DNA from: a virus
Strand: one strand, 5' to 3'
IMG/VR virus record: IMGVR_UViG_3300008113_000084
Location: 1 to 64,000 of that record
Length of the DNA stretch: 64,000 nt
This document shows, one piece after another, positions 56,665 through 64,000 of the stretch. Numbering within the stretch: the stretch's first letter is position 1; every line of letters starts with the position of its first letter. The notes beneath the pieces are model-generated. The model did no database searches, was not told the origin of the DNA, and saw nothing but the letters and a program-made list of their open reading frames with translations. A program made the translations under genes and the position numbers.

Positions 56665-57427
56665 TCGGGCCTCCGCTGCCGTAGAACTCCCCGAAGGATT
56701 TGAAACCTCGATCATTTTTTGTCTTTCTTTTCAGGAAGTAAACCAACTTCTTAGTGCCAGCGTTGGCGTTTAGAAAGTTGAACGGGTACAGGCCGAAAAC
56801 AAAAGCGGCCCTTACTTTGTTTCTTGACGCCAGGTTTGGCGTGAAGTCTTCCAAAGGCTCGAACGCCTCGGAGTCGCTGGCGATCAGATAGCGCGTCACA
56901 AGGCTGAAGCCCCCGTGAGAGGGCTCGAAGTAAACCAAGCTAAATCCACCTTTTATGTGTTTACGCCTAGTTAGTTTTCTAGACATAACTACAGCTGTTT
57001 GCAAGGCTTCTTTGTATAGCTTTATGCAATTCTTTACTGATTTGTTGCCATACCTAACCTTGCGATACATCGAGTAAAAGATGTAGTTGTCTGACTTGAG
57101 CGTGCGCTTGAGCACCTCAGCAGCATATCGTCTAGACCAGCACCAAGGGCATGAGTAGAACTTGCAGGGTCGCAGCTGTTCGTTGGTCTTGTCAAACTTA
57201 CCCAGGCTAGGTGGGCAGTTTCTCAGGTACTGCACCCTGACAGGCTTGTCGGTAAACATGCCGTACTTCATAAGCTTATAGGTTTTGACGCGCCACAGGC
57301 TGAGCACCTTGGCGATGCCCATGCGCAGCTCTCTTTTGCTGCGCATGGTTTTCTTGAATAGCGTTACAGACTTGCAACGGAAAAACGCGCTGCGACGAAA
57401 AGACGCCAGCTTGAACTCCACATCCAT
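56648..57427 (-). CDS. Basic hypothetical protein with C..CPWC motif
   Basis: GGAGG SD; K/R-rich. Confidence 0.7.
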   Translation of the reverse strand: MDVEFKLASFRRSAFFRCKSVTLFKKTMRSKRELRMGIAKVLSLWRVKTYKLMKYGMFTDKPVRVQYLRNCPPSLGKFDKTNEQLRPCKFYSCPWCWSRRYAAEVLKRTLKSDNYIFYSMYRKVRYGNKSVKNCIKLYKEALQTAVVMSRKLTRRKHIKGGFSLVYFEPSHGGFSLVTRYLIASDSEAFEPLEDFTPNLASRNKVRAAFVFGLYPFNFLNANAGTKKLVYFLKRKTKNDRGFKSFGEFYGSGGPNEHDG

Positions 57428-57471
57428 ACGGACCTCCGTGAAAGCCCAAGCTGGCGTCTTTGGAAAAGGCG

Positions 57472-57831
57472 TCAGGTTTGGGTCATCAGTTTTTTGACGT
57501 GTTCAATAAGGCTGTCCTCGTCAGAAGACAGGGCATGGATAGGATTGAAAAACTCAGTGACGTCCTGGTTGGACATCCTATGCCAGGGACGAAACTGGTC
57601 GTCATCCCGCTCAGTCCTCACCCCGTGGCAGGAGCAGTGATCGAGATACTTGTACCAAAGCTCGCCATTACGATCCCTGGCAACAGCCTTACCGAAACCC
57701 TCCAAGAAGCCAGCGCTTTCGTACCAGTAGACTACCCAGACAAAGCTTTCGTCGCTGACAAGGTCTTCAAGAGTCAACGAGGAAGGACCCGCCTTGTGCA
57801 GGGCGGGTTTGGTCGAGGTAAGCATGTTCAC
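57472..57831 (-). CDS. Hypothetical protein
   Basis: AGGAG SD; HCSCHG motif. Confidence 0.65.
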   Translation of the reverse strand: MNMLTSTKPALHKAGPSSLTLEDLVSDESFVWVVYWYESAGFLEGFGKAVARDRNGELWYKYLDHCSCHGVRTERDDDQFRPWHRMSNQDVTEFFNPIHALSSDEDSLIEHVKKLMTQT

Positions 57832-58142
57832 TCCTGGTTGAAGTCAGTCAAAACAAAGACAGGCGTTCCTTCTCCGACCCAGGCTGACGTGACGTTGAAA
57901 GACATGTACTCTTCCGCGTCTTCCTCGGTCATGCCGTCTCGTTTCATCAAGATAGCTACGCACTTGCTGTGGTCGTAAGCGACGGTCTCGTGCTTAGAGG
58001 CCTGTACGCTGACGCCAATAATAGCGTCGTCAAATCCGTCCGCGAATAGAAGCTCTATACCTGTGTCTTCCGCGTACTCTTCAAGCTTTTGTCGCATGCT
58101 CATGCTGTTGCGCCTCTTCTTCAGTGGGGTTAATGTGGGCAA
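57828..58142 (-). CDS. Conserved phage hypothetical protein
   Basis: ADGFDDAIIG...GMTEEDAEEYMSFN...WVGEGTP; true start probably MSMRQK. Confidence 0.75.
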   Translation of the reverse strand: MPTLTPLKKRRNSMSMRQKLEEYAEDTGIELLFADGFDDAIIGVSVQASKHETVAYDHSKCVAILMKRDGMTEEDAEEYMSFNVTSAWVGEGTPVFVLTDFNQE

Positions 58143-58338
58143 GGGCTTGGTCTAGCAACTCGACAGCTTTGTTGAACCTGTCTGGGTCTAGCCCTACTTT
58201 GTCAAAGTCAGCAGCCACGACCTTCAAGTAATCTTTTACAACCGACAAGACGTCATGCGGAGTAACCTCTTCGCACAGACGCATGACTATCTCGTCCCAC
58301 TTTTCAATCAAATGTTTAAAGTTATAACCCTTGCGCAT
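58081..58338 (-). CDS. Hypothetical protein
   Basis: Tiles the operon. Confidence 0.6.
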   Translation of the reverse strand: MRKGYNFKHLIEKWDEIVMRLCEEVTPHDVLSVVKDYLKVVAADFDKVGLDPDRFNKAVELLDQALAHINPTEEEAQQHEHATKA

Positions 58339-58798
58339 TCTTGTCCCTTTCGATAGCCAATAGCTCGGTCAGCTCTCGAACTTTAGCAATCAACTTTGGA
58401 ACTGCGTACTTGGCTTCACAGATAAACTCCATGTTGCGGTCGTAGCAGTCGTTTACGTCTGCCAACCTTGGAGACTGCAACAAAGTGATGGCAACGCACT
58501 TGTCAGATGGATGTTCATAAATAAACCCGTTGTGTCGATAGCCTACGCCTGGGTCGGTAGAAATCCATCTTGCATTCATGCACATGTCATCATCCCCAGC
58601 CCTGGGATACCACGGGCCTGGCGTTGTCTTGGAACAGAGCTTGTCAAGCATTGCGAGGTAATCTTCGTCAAGATTCTGCCGATGATGCGAGACATCAACC
58701 TGTTTGTCTTCTTGCTCGTTGAGTCCTTTGAGAAGCTCTTCCAAATCGCCGTCAGTTAGATCGGAGTCAGAAGACATCGGTGCCTCCTTATTTGTCAA
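58322..58798 (-). CDS. Ead/Ea22-like protein
   Basis: TPGPW...FICEAKYAVPKLIAKVREL. Confidence 0.6.
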   Translation of the reverse strand: MTNKEAPMSSDSDLTDGDLEELLKGLNEQEDKQVDVSHHRQNLDEDYLAMLDKLCSKTTPGPWYPRAGDDDMCMNARWISTDPGVGYRHNGFIYEHPSDKCVAITLLQSPRLADVNDCYDRNMEFICEAKYAVPKLIAKVRELTELLAIERDKNAQGL

Positions 58799-58877
58799 GA
58801 AACTTATCTCGACAGTTCGTAAGACTTGATCTTAGGTACACGTTTTGAATCTGTTTCAGCTTTGCCTTCAAACTCAG

Positions 58878-59357
58878 CTATGGTGAGTCAGGGTCTTTTC
58901 GGTCTAATTTGCGATAAGGACTTGAGTAGACAGTTGGGACATAATCGCAGTGCTCAACGCAAATTAAGCATGTCGATATGCCTTCGCCTTTAAGGTTCAT
59001 ATCACGCATAATCAAGTCTCTGTCGCACCTAGGGCATGTGGAGTTGCTCTGAACGCCGTAACCAAGCGCGTTTTGTTCTTTAGCCCACTCTTCTTCGTCT
59101 TGTCTTAGTAGGTGCTCAGATACTTCTGGAGATATCCAGTTTTCCGGTTCGGTTATCGCTAGTTTAATATCGTCTAGCATTGTCAAAAAATCTGAGCCAT
59201 CACGATACATTTTACCTTTGAACGCAATTTCAGGCGTTCCTAAGATAATATTTCCAAATCTGGGAGAAGCTGAAACACTCCAGTTCCAGGTTTTATCGTT
59301 TAAAAAAGGACCGTACATCCAAATTTTAAAATCGTATTTGGTTAAATCTAAACGCAT
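58878..59357 (-). CDS. Hypothetical protein with Zn-ribbon
   Basis: CPRC...CVEHC; AAAGG SD. Confidence 0.65.
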   Translation of the reverse strand: MRLDLTKYDFKIWMYGPFLNDKTWNWSVSASPRFGNIILGTPEIAFKGKMYRDGSDFLTMLDDIKLAITEPENWISPEVSEHLLRQDEEEWAKEQNALGYGVQSNSTCPRCDRDLIMRDMNLKGEGISTCLICVEHCDYVPTVYSSPYRKLDRKDPDSP

Positions 59358-59377
59358 AAATTGCCTTTCTTAAAAGC

Positions 59378-59493
59378 TAACCCTGGAGGGACTCAGACCC
59401 TCATTTCCCCTTACGCGTTGGGGGTGTCCTCGTTGCGGCTCTCAGGCGACGCGCACGCTGATCCGCAACATGCCTCAATTAGACGACAGGGTT
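59378..59493 (-). ncRNA. tRNA-like RNA with ~45-nt D-loop insertion and non-canonical anticodon loop
   Basis: Acceptor AACCCTG/CAGGGTT plus A; D-arm GTCT..GGAC; CCCC/GGGG arm; T-arm GAGGG-TCTGAGT-CCCTC. Confidence 0.7.
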
Positions 59494-59502
59494 TACGGGA
59501 AA

Positions 59503-59916
59503 TTACTCAGAGTCTTTCTTGGGTGTTTTTGGCTGCTTGGGGAACTCGCCCACAGCCTTGACACGCATCGGCACGGCCACGGGCAAGCCTCGGTTATCGC
59601 GCCAGAGACGCTTGTCCCAAATAGCCAGGTACGGTACTTTGTCGCTGAAATAAATAGCAACGTACCACTGATTGGCTACAGCGTCCTCAGGGTGACGCCA
59701 CATGTCGGCCTCGGCTCTGGGAGAAGGAATAGGGATAACCGTGGAAAACGTCCTGGCGGCAGGCCTGACTTCAGCCTGCGCAAAACCAGATTTTTCTAAT
59801 TGCGTTTCTGCCTGCGGTCTAGAGACAGTGGCAACCTGCTCTGGTTTGCCCTCAGTCAACTGGGCAGTTCTATCAAGCTTTTTTAAGTTGTTTTCTGCTT
59901 TCAAAGATTTAGGCAT
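59503..59916 (-). CDS. Hypothetical protein
   Basis: GAGG SD. Confidence 0.65.
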   Translation of the reverse strand: MPKSLKAENNLKKLDRTAQLTEGKPEQVATVSRPQAETQLEKSGFAQAEVRPAARTFSTVIPIPSPRAEADMWRHPEDAVANQWYVAIYFSDKVPYLAIWDKRLWRDNRGLPVAVPMRVKAVGEFPKQPKTPKKDSE

Positions 59917-59957
59917 ATGTACCTCTTACGTACTCCTATAGCTTGTGCAATATAAAC

Positions 59958-59993
59958 ACAACAGCGTAGCCTTTTGACGGGCTACGCTGTTGT
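59958..59993 (-). terminator. Rho-independent terminator
   Basis: 14-bp stem ACAACAGCGTAGCC/GGCTACGCTGTTGT, then GTTTATATT. Confidence 0.7.
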
Positions 59994-60023
59994 AGTAAAA
60001 TCTTAGCTGTTAAGACAGCTGGC

Positions 60024-60422
60024 TCACACTTCTTCAGAAACGGGCTCAAGAGCGCTCGTAATCCGTTGGCGAGGCACAGGCGGCTTTACGGCCTCCGCGA
60101 CCACCACGCGCGATTTCTGAGGCACAGGAACGCTAGTCTGAGACTGTGCTTGAACTTGAACGAACTGGCGAGTCTGCTCGGCCAGCTGGTTCAGCTTCTT
60201 GACATCCACCAGGTGGCGGATACGCACCGGCTCGGAAAGTCGCACACCGCAAGATGTCAACTTTTTGTACCGAGCGTTCACGGAAACAACCGCCATTCCG
60301 AGAGCGTTGGCAATAGCTCGCCTGCCCTTGGAAGCGTAAGTTTCCCAGACACGGACAAAAGTCTCGTCGTCGCACTTGCGCGCAATCTTCTCAGCCTTGC
60401 GAGCCTTGGGGTCGTTCAACAT
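60024..60422 (-). CDS. HTH-like DNA-binding protein
   Basis: FVRVWE...IANALGMAVVSVNARYKKLTSCGVRL. Confidence 0.6.
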   Translation of the reverse strand: MLNDPKARKAEKIARKCDDETFVRVWETYASKGRRAIANALGMAVVSVNARYKKLTSCGVRLSEPVRIRHLVDVKKLNQLAEQTRQFVQVQAQSQTSVPVPQKSRVVVAEAVKPPVPRQRITSALEPVSEEV

Positions 60423-60631
60423 AACCTACTTCCTTTCTGGGACGTGTTTAAATTAGCGAAGATAGGGACATAAAACCGTATGCCCTATTTCCGAATACGT
60501 CAACTATCAAACAAACGCACCCAAAGCGGAACTGTTGAAGTTGTGACTTTATTATATTTTATTTTCAATAAAATATATTCTATTTTTTTCTTGCATTGCC
60601 TGGGTCCAGACAATGACAAAAAAAGGTCTAG

Positions 60632-60661
60632 TACACTCATCTTATTAATAAGATGAGTGTA
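60632..60661. repeat. Perfect 30-bp palindrome
   Basis: TACACTCATCTTATT|AATAAGATGAGTGTA. Confidence 0.95.
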
Positions 60662-60695
60662 TTAAACGCACAACCTCTACATCTCCGCCTGTGGG

Positions 60696-61064
60696 TCATA
60701 CTACTCCTGAAGAGTAATATTTAGTTATACTACCGACCAGTATCTGTGCTTGTTCTTCTTGGCTCAGTTTGTTTCTGGCACGTGTGATAGCTTTCAAAAG
60801 CTCCAAGTCTTTTGCGATGTCGTACAGAAGTTCAAGGCAGAACACACCACGAATGGAATTAACCTTTTCGTGATTCTTGTCCAGGACGGCAGCCTTGCCT
60901 TTCCTTTTCCTTCGATGTGTGTCGGTTACCCGATCAATCAGTAAAGCTGGAAATCCTTCTTGCTTCAAAAGCTCGGAGTCCAGTACTGCCCATCCGTCGC
61001 AAAATTCCAAAAGCGCCATAACCAGTTCAGGTTTCACACTCAGCCAAGTCGCCAGAGTTTTCAT
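60696..61064 (-). CDS. Hypothetical protein
   Basis: AAGGA SD. Confidence 0.65.
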   Translation of the reverse strand: MKTLATWLSVKPELVMALLEFCDGWAVLDSELLKQEGFPALLIDRVTDTHRRKRKGKAAVLDKNHEKVNSIRGVFCLELLYDIAKDLELLKAITRARNKLSQEEQAQILVGSITKYYSSGVV

Positions 61065-61350
61065 CGGTAGTTCCTTGCACCTCGCTAGACGCGTGTCCTA
61101 CGTCAGCAAAGTTCTTGGTTGTTACTTGGCTCGTCGTCTCTATCCAGACGCGAGCTCCGCAGGACAGTGGTTTGTCCGGTCGATAAATTATTTTACAAGG
61201 CCCAGAGATTTCGACCTCGTGGGCGTAAACGTTGGTCTTGCTTGTCTTGACTGTTAAGACAGGCTTCTGCTCTCCTTTCTTTTTGTTGGCGCGGATGACG
61301 TGCTGGTTTACGTGTATTACGGTCTTGCTAACTTGTTCTTTTGAAGGCAT
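61027..61350 (-). CDS. Conserved phage hypothetical protein
   Basis: IHVNQHVIRAN...PLSCGARVWIET, a widespread phage family. Confidence 0.75.
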   Translation of the reverse strand: MPSKEQVSKTVIHVNQHVIRANKKKGEQKPVLTVKTSKTNVYAHEVEISGPCKIIYRPDKPLSCGARVWIETTSQVTTKNFADVGHASSEVQGTTDENSGDLAECET

Positions 61351-62536
61351 TGACGTACTCCGTAGCCGCTGTAACATTCTCTTTCTGCAAGAACGCATGT
61401 TCAATCACAGCGTATCGCTTGTTGTACTTGGCTATGTACTTGAAAAAGTTAGCGGCTCGGCTCAAAATATTACGCGCCGTTTGCCAACCAATTTCGTCTT
61501 TGCTGGCTTCTTTAACTAACTCAGCTGTGTACACAGCCATAGAGTTTAGAGTTGAGTCATTTATTTTGTGATCCAAAGTCAAAGATATGCATGCGTACTC
61601 AGGCCATAAACGTGGTTCTTCAGCGTACCCCTTCTCGATTTCTGGTGGTAAGGCGCTTACAGTTTTGTTGAGATACTTTGCCAAGTTTTCTGTAGCCGAG
61701 TCAATGTAAGACGCGCTGTCTGTGTCTTTTGACAAAAACTTTACTGCTGCTTTCAAATATCTAACAACGTTTTCCGCTAAACGAACATTGTAAATAAAAA
61801 AGATGTCATCTAAATAGTTTGCAAACCTAAAGCTTGCTTTTAACGTTTCGTTATAACGCTTCGCTTCCTTATGCTCTGGAGCGTCTGTATCCTCGTACCT
61901 GCTTGCGATTCTGGCATTGTACTGTTCTTTTGTTAAGCTGCTTTGTTCTAGCTTTGTGTTGATCAAATCCCAAGCAGCCGCATACGCGTCCGTTGCGGCG
62001 TTTAAACGAGCATCGTCTTTAGTGACTTTAAGGTACGCCACAACCTTAGCAAACTCGTTTACTACCCTGTGCGTTCTGTCGTCTCCAAAAAGAGACGCAA
62101 ACCACTTTTGCCGCCTGCCGCACATCTCGATGATTTTGTTGAACTTTCGTATTTTTTTGTCTATGCTTTTGTCTATAGCTTCGCTGTGTTTGTTTTCGCT
62201 ATAAGCTTCTTGAAAGTATATAAATAATTTTTCTAACCCCCAGTAGTATCCGAGCCGTTCGTTTACTGGTACAACATACCTACTTTCAAATTCAGGCCAT
62301 GGTGTTTTCCTTACCTCGCTGACATATTTTGCGCACTCATAAAACTCTTCAAGCAACGGGGTCTCAAACGCCGCATCGCCGATCAGCTCTGGGTTTTCTT
62401 TCAGGTATTTTATAATACCGTAATTGCTCCAGTTTGATGGCGGCTTCTTTAGCTTCTTTTTCTGCTTGGTTTTTGCTTCGTCTTTTTTGTCCAAGCTAGT
62501 AAGCAACCTCGATATCGTGTTGAATGCTTCGCTCAT
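61328..62536 (-). CDS. Hypothetical helical protein (AT-rich)
   Basis: ~400-aa ORF; start refined to MSEAF. Confidence 0.7.
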   Translation of the reverse strand: MSEAFNTISRLLTSLDKKDEAKTKQKKKLKKPPSNWSNYGIIKYLKENPELIGDAAFETPLLEEFYECAKYVSEVRKTPWPEFESRYVVPVNERLGYYWGLEKLFIYFQEAYSENKHSEAIDKSIDKKIRKFNKIIEMCGRRQKWFASLFGDDRTHRVVNEFAKVVAYLKVTKDDARLNAATDAYAAAWDLINTKLEQSSLTKEQYNARIASRYEDTDAPEHKEAKRYNETLKASFRFANYLDDIFFIYNVRLAENVVRYLKAAVKFLSKDTDSASYIDSATENLAKYLNKTVSALPPEIEKGYAEEPRLWPEYACISLTLDHKINDSTLNSMAVYTAELVKEASKDEIGWQTARNILSRAANFFKYIAKYNKRYAVIEHAFLQKENVTAATEYVNAFKRTS

Positions 62537-62996
62537 ACTTCCACCATTCTGGTATGTCCCTGTCTCGCCACGCTGCCATGCTGGCTTTGTCGTGTATGTA
62601 GTAGGCACGATAAGCGTCTACTGCGTCGTGGCACTTGTATTTGTCAGGCATCGCCTGAGCAAAGTCTGTAAAGCTGCTTTCAGGTATGTGCTTGGACAGC
62701 CTGAAGCATTGATTGATTATGTGGTAACACTTGTGGACTTTGCCGTACCTAAACCTGTACTCGTGGCACAGTTCTAGTCCCAGGTCAACCAACCATAGGA
62801 AGTTCTGACGTGTCTCCCTTGTCCATATTGAACATGGGTGGTTCTTGTGCGCTTGTTTGTACGGAGCGGTGCCGCCATGAAAAATAACGGCCGTACACAG
62901 CATCTGCGCTGATTCCAGGGGCATCTTGACCACGTGCTTGTCCAGGTGATACCTGGCGCACAGCTGCGTGTCCCTGTCCAGGATGAATATGTTCAT
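62496..62996 (-). CDS. Pyrimidine-dimer DNA glycosylase (DenV-like) family protein
   Basis: MNIFILD...DKHVVKMPLESAQML, HKNHPC, AQAMPD, AYRAYY. Confidence 0.8.
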   Translation of the reverse strand: MNIFILDRDTQLCARYHLDKHVVKMPLESAQMLCTAVIFHGGTAPYKQAHKNHPCSIWTRETRQNFLWLVDLGLELCHEYRFRYGKVHKCYHIINQCFRLSKHIPESSFTDFAQAMPDKYKCHDAVDAYRAYYIHDKASMAAWRDRDIPEWWKYERSIQHDIEVAY

Positions 62997-63199
62997 TCAA
63001 CATCGTCTTCAGACTCTTCCAGTAGCTCTTCCCTAAAGATTGCCACCTTTTCTGACGCGTTGAACCGAAGAGAAACTTTTCTCGGGTCGATCCAGGTCAC
63101 GGTTATCCATATCTTTTCGTCTCCTATCATAAGCATTACTTTCTGGCCAGGTTTGCGAGTAAGAACCAGTCCTGGCTTTGCTTCGTCTTCTTCGTCCAT
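62993..63199 (-). CDS. csrA: Second CsrA homologue with acidic termini
   Basis: LVLTRKPGQKV...VSLRFNASEKVAIFREEL; GGAGG SD. Confidence 0.85.
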   Translation of the reverse strand: MDEEDEAKPGLVLTRKPGQKVMLMIGDEKIWITVTWIDPRKVSLRFNASEKVAIFREELLEESEDDVE

Positions 63200-63256
63200 G
63201 TTTTCCTCCGCAAGTTTTGCGGAGCTTGCGTCACTATTCTCCGCATTTTGGCTGCG

Positions 63257-63457
63257 TTAGTTACCCGACCTTTCGTTTAACACTTCCATGACTATGTCGA
63301 TAAGCACGTCAGTGAACCCTTCGTTGTAATAGTCCATCAACCTATCAACAATTCTTTTGAACTCGTCGTCACTGATGTTGGAAGGTTTGATCTCTATTAG
63401 CTCCAAGTCCTCGTCTGATACGAACAGAAATGGAGTGCCTTTTCTGTCAATTTCCAA
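63257..63457 (-). CDS. Small acidic hypothetical protein
   Basis: TTG start 6 nt after AAGGAG, downstream of a terminator. Confidence 0.6.
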   Translation of the reverse strand: MEIDRKGTPFLFVSDEDLELIEIKPSNISDDEFKRIVDRLMDYYNEGFTDVLIDIVMEVLNERSGN

Positions 63458-63474
63458 TACCGTCTCCTTGTGTG

Positions 63475-63508
63475 AAAAACCCCACCCAGCCGAGAAGGCT
63501 GGGTGGGG
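63475..63508 (-). terminator. Strong rho-independent terminator
   Basis: 12-bp GC stem CCCCACCCAGCC/GGCTGGGTGGGG plus T5. Confidence 0.9.
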
Positions 63509-63515
63509 GTGGCGT

Positions 63516-63690
63516 CCTGTGTGTTGCAAGGGCATCACCCACGATCCTTGGGTGATTTTGGTGGCTTGGCTCGACACCTTGCGGCAGAGCCAGTCGTTGG
63601 GTACGAAAAGTTTACCCCCTACCCTTGCAAGAGCTATTGACCATGTAACCAGCTCTCCACACAGGTGATCGTCTCCAGGCTGGGCCTGGT
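63516..63690 (-). ncRNA. Multi-branched structured RNA of unknown class
   Basis: Six nested helices plus a 5' hairpin readable directly; intergenic; ends at a strong terminator. Confidence 0.65.
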
Positions 63691-63693
63691 GTT

Positions 63694-63999
63694 TTACAGA
63701 GCTTTGAACGGATAAGCTACTCCACTCATCATCAGCTTTTTGCCGTCCCTGCTAGTTCTCAGTGTAGTTGAAGACTGTTTCCGCTTCTTCAAAAATCTAG
63801 CCAGAAACGCAGTGTGGATCAAGAACCTGGTTTCGTTTTTCTTGAGAAGGACGTAATTTTTGCTGGCGTTTACAACCCAACCTTTGCTGTTCTGGTTGTA
63901 CTTTACGACGTCCAGGTGCTCTGGGTTTATTCCCTCAGACTCTTTGACCCTTTGCTTTTCAGCCAGTTTTTCCAGCCTGGTCTTTCGGTTTTTGGTGTC
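63694..63999 (-). CDS. Basic hypothetical protein, 3' part (start beyond window)
   Basis: 101 open codons from the edge to TAA at 63694. Confidence 0.7.
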   Translation of the reverse strand, partial: DTKNRKTRLEKLAEKQRVKESEGINPEHLDVVKYNQNSKGWVVNASKNYVLLKKNETRFLIHTAFLARFLKKRKQSSTTLRTSRDGKKLMMSGVAYPFKAL

Positions 64000-64000
64000 A

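Noticed and set aside
63457-63577. 5' extension of ORF 63257..63577
   Set aside because: It crosses a strong terminator and the structured RNA; an SD plus TTG at 63457 is more plausible.
63516-63665. Glycine riboswitch, RNase P or tmRNA identity for the structured RNA
   Set aside because: Only short word matches (GGAGAG, GGTAAAC); the conserved cores and T-arm are absent.

Overview
A 64-kb slice of a large tailed dsDNA phage genome in the standard genetic code. Almost all genes are on the minus strand, with Shine-Dalgarno leaders. kdsB, hldE and csrA point to a Gram-negative host. Left to right: (1) three consecutive G-X-T collagen-like fibre genes, the leftmost (1..4752) missing from the ORF track because it runs off the edge; (2) a ~1030-aa putative internal virion protein and two endonucleases; (3) a ~9-kb glycosylation cluster (cupin, KdsB, several glycosyltransferases, methyltransferases, two Maf/DUF115-like proteins) next to a probable portal gene; (4) a recombination/replication block (RuvC, DnaQ-like exonuclease, ThyX, RecA-like, SSB-like, Dcd, family A polymerase with a UDG-like domain, primase, DnaB-like and SF2 helicases, an IS110/Nop-domain-like protein, SbcC, SbcD); (5) accessory genes including HldE, two CsrA paralogues and a DenV-like glycosylase. 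Most notable observations: a probable fibre O-glycosylation system; a globular domain apparently split at the same point across two successive fibre gene boundaries; a domesticated IS110/TIGR-Tas-like Nop-domain gene inside the replication operon; three unannotated structured RNAs; and a methyltransferase/GT2 overlap needing a +1 frameshift or a CTG start. Family assignments come from motif recognition by eye; no database search was run.
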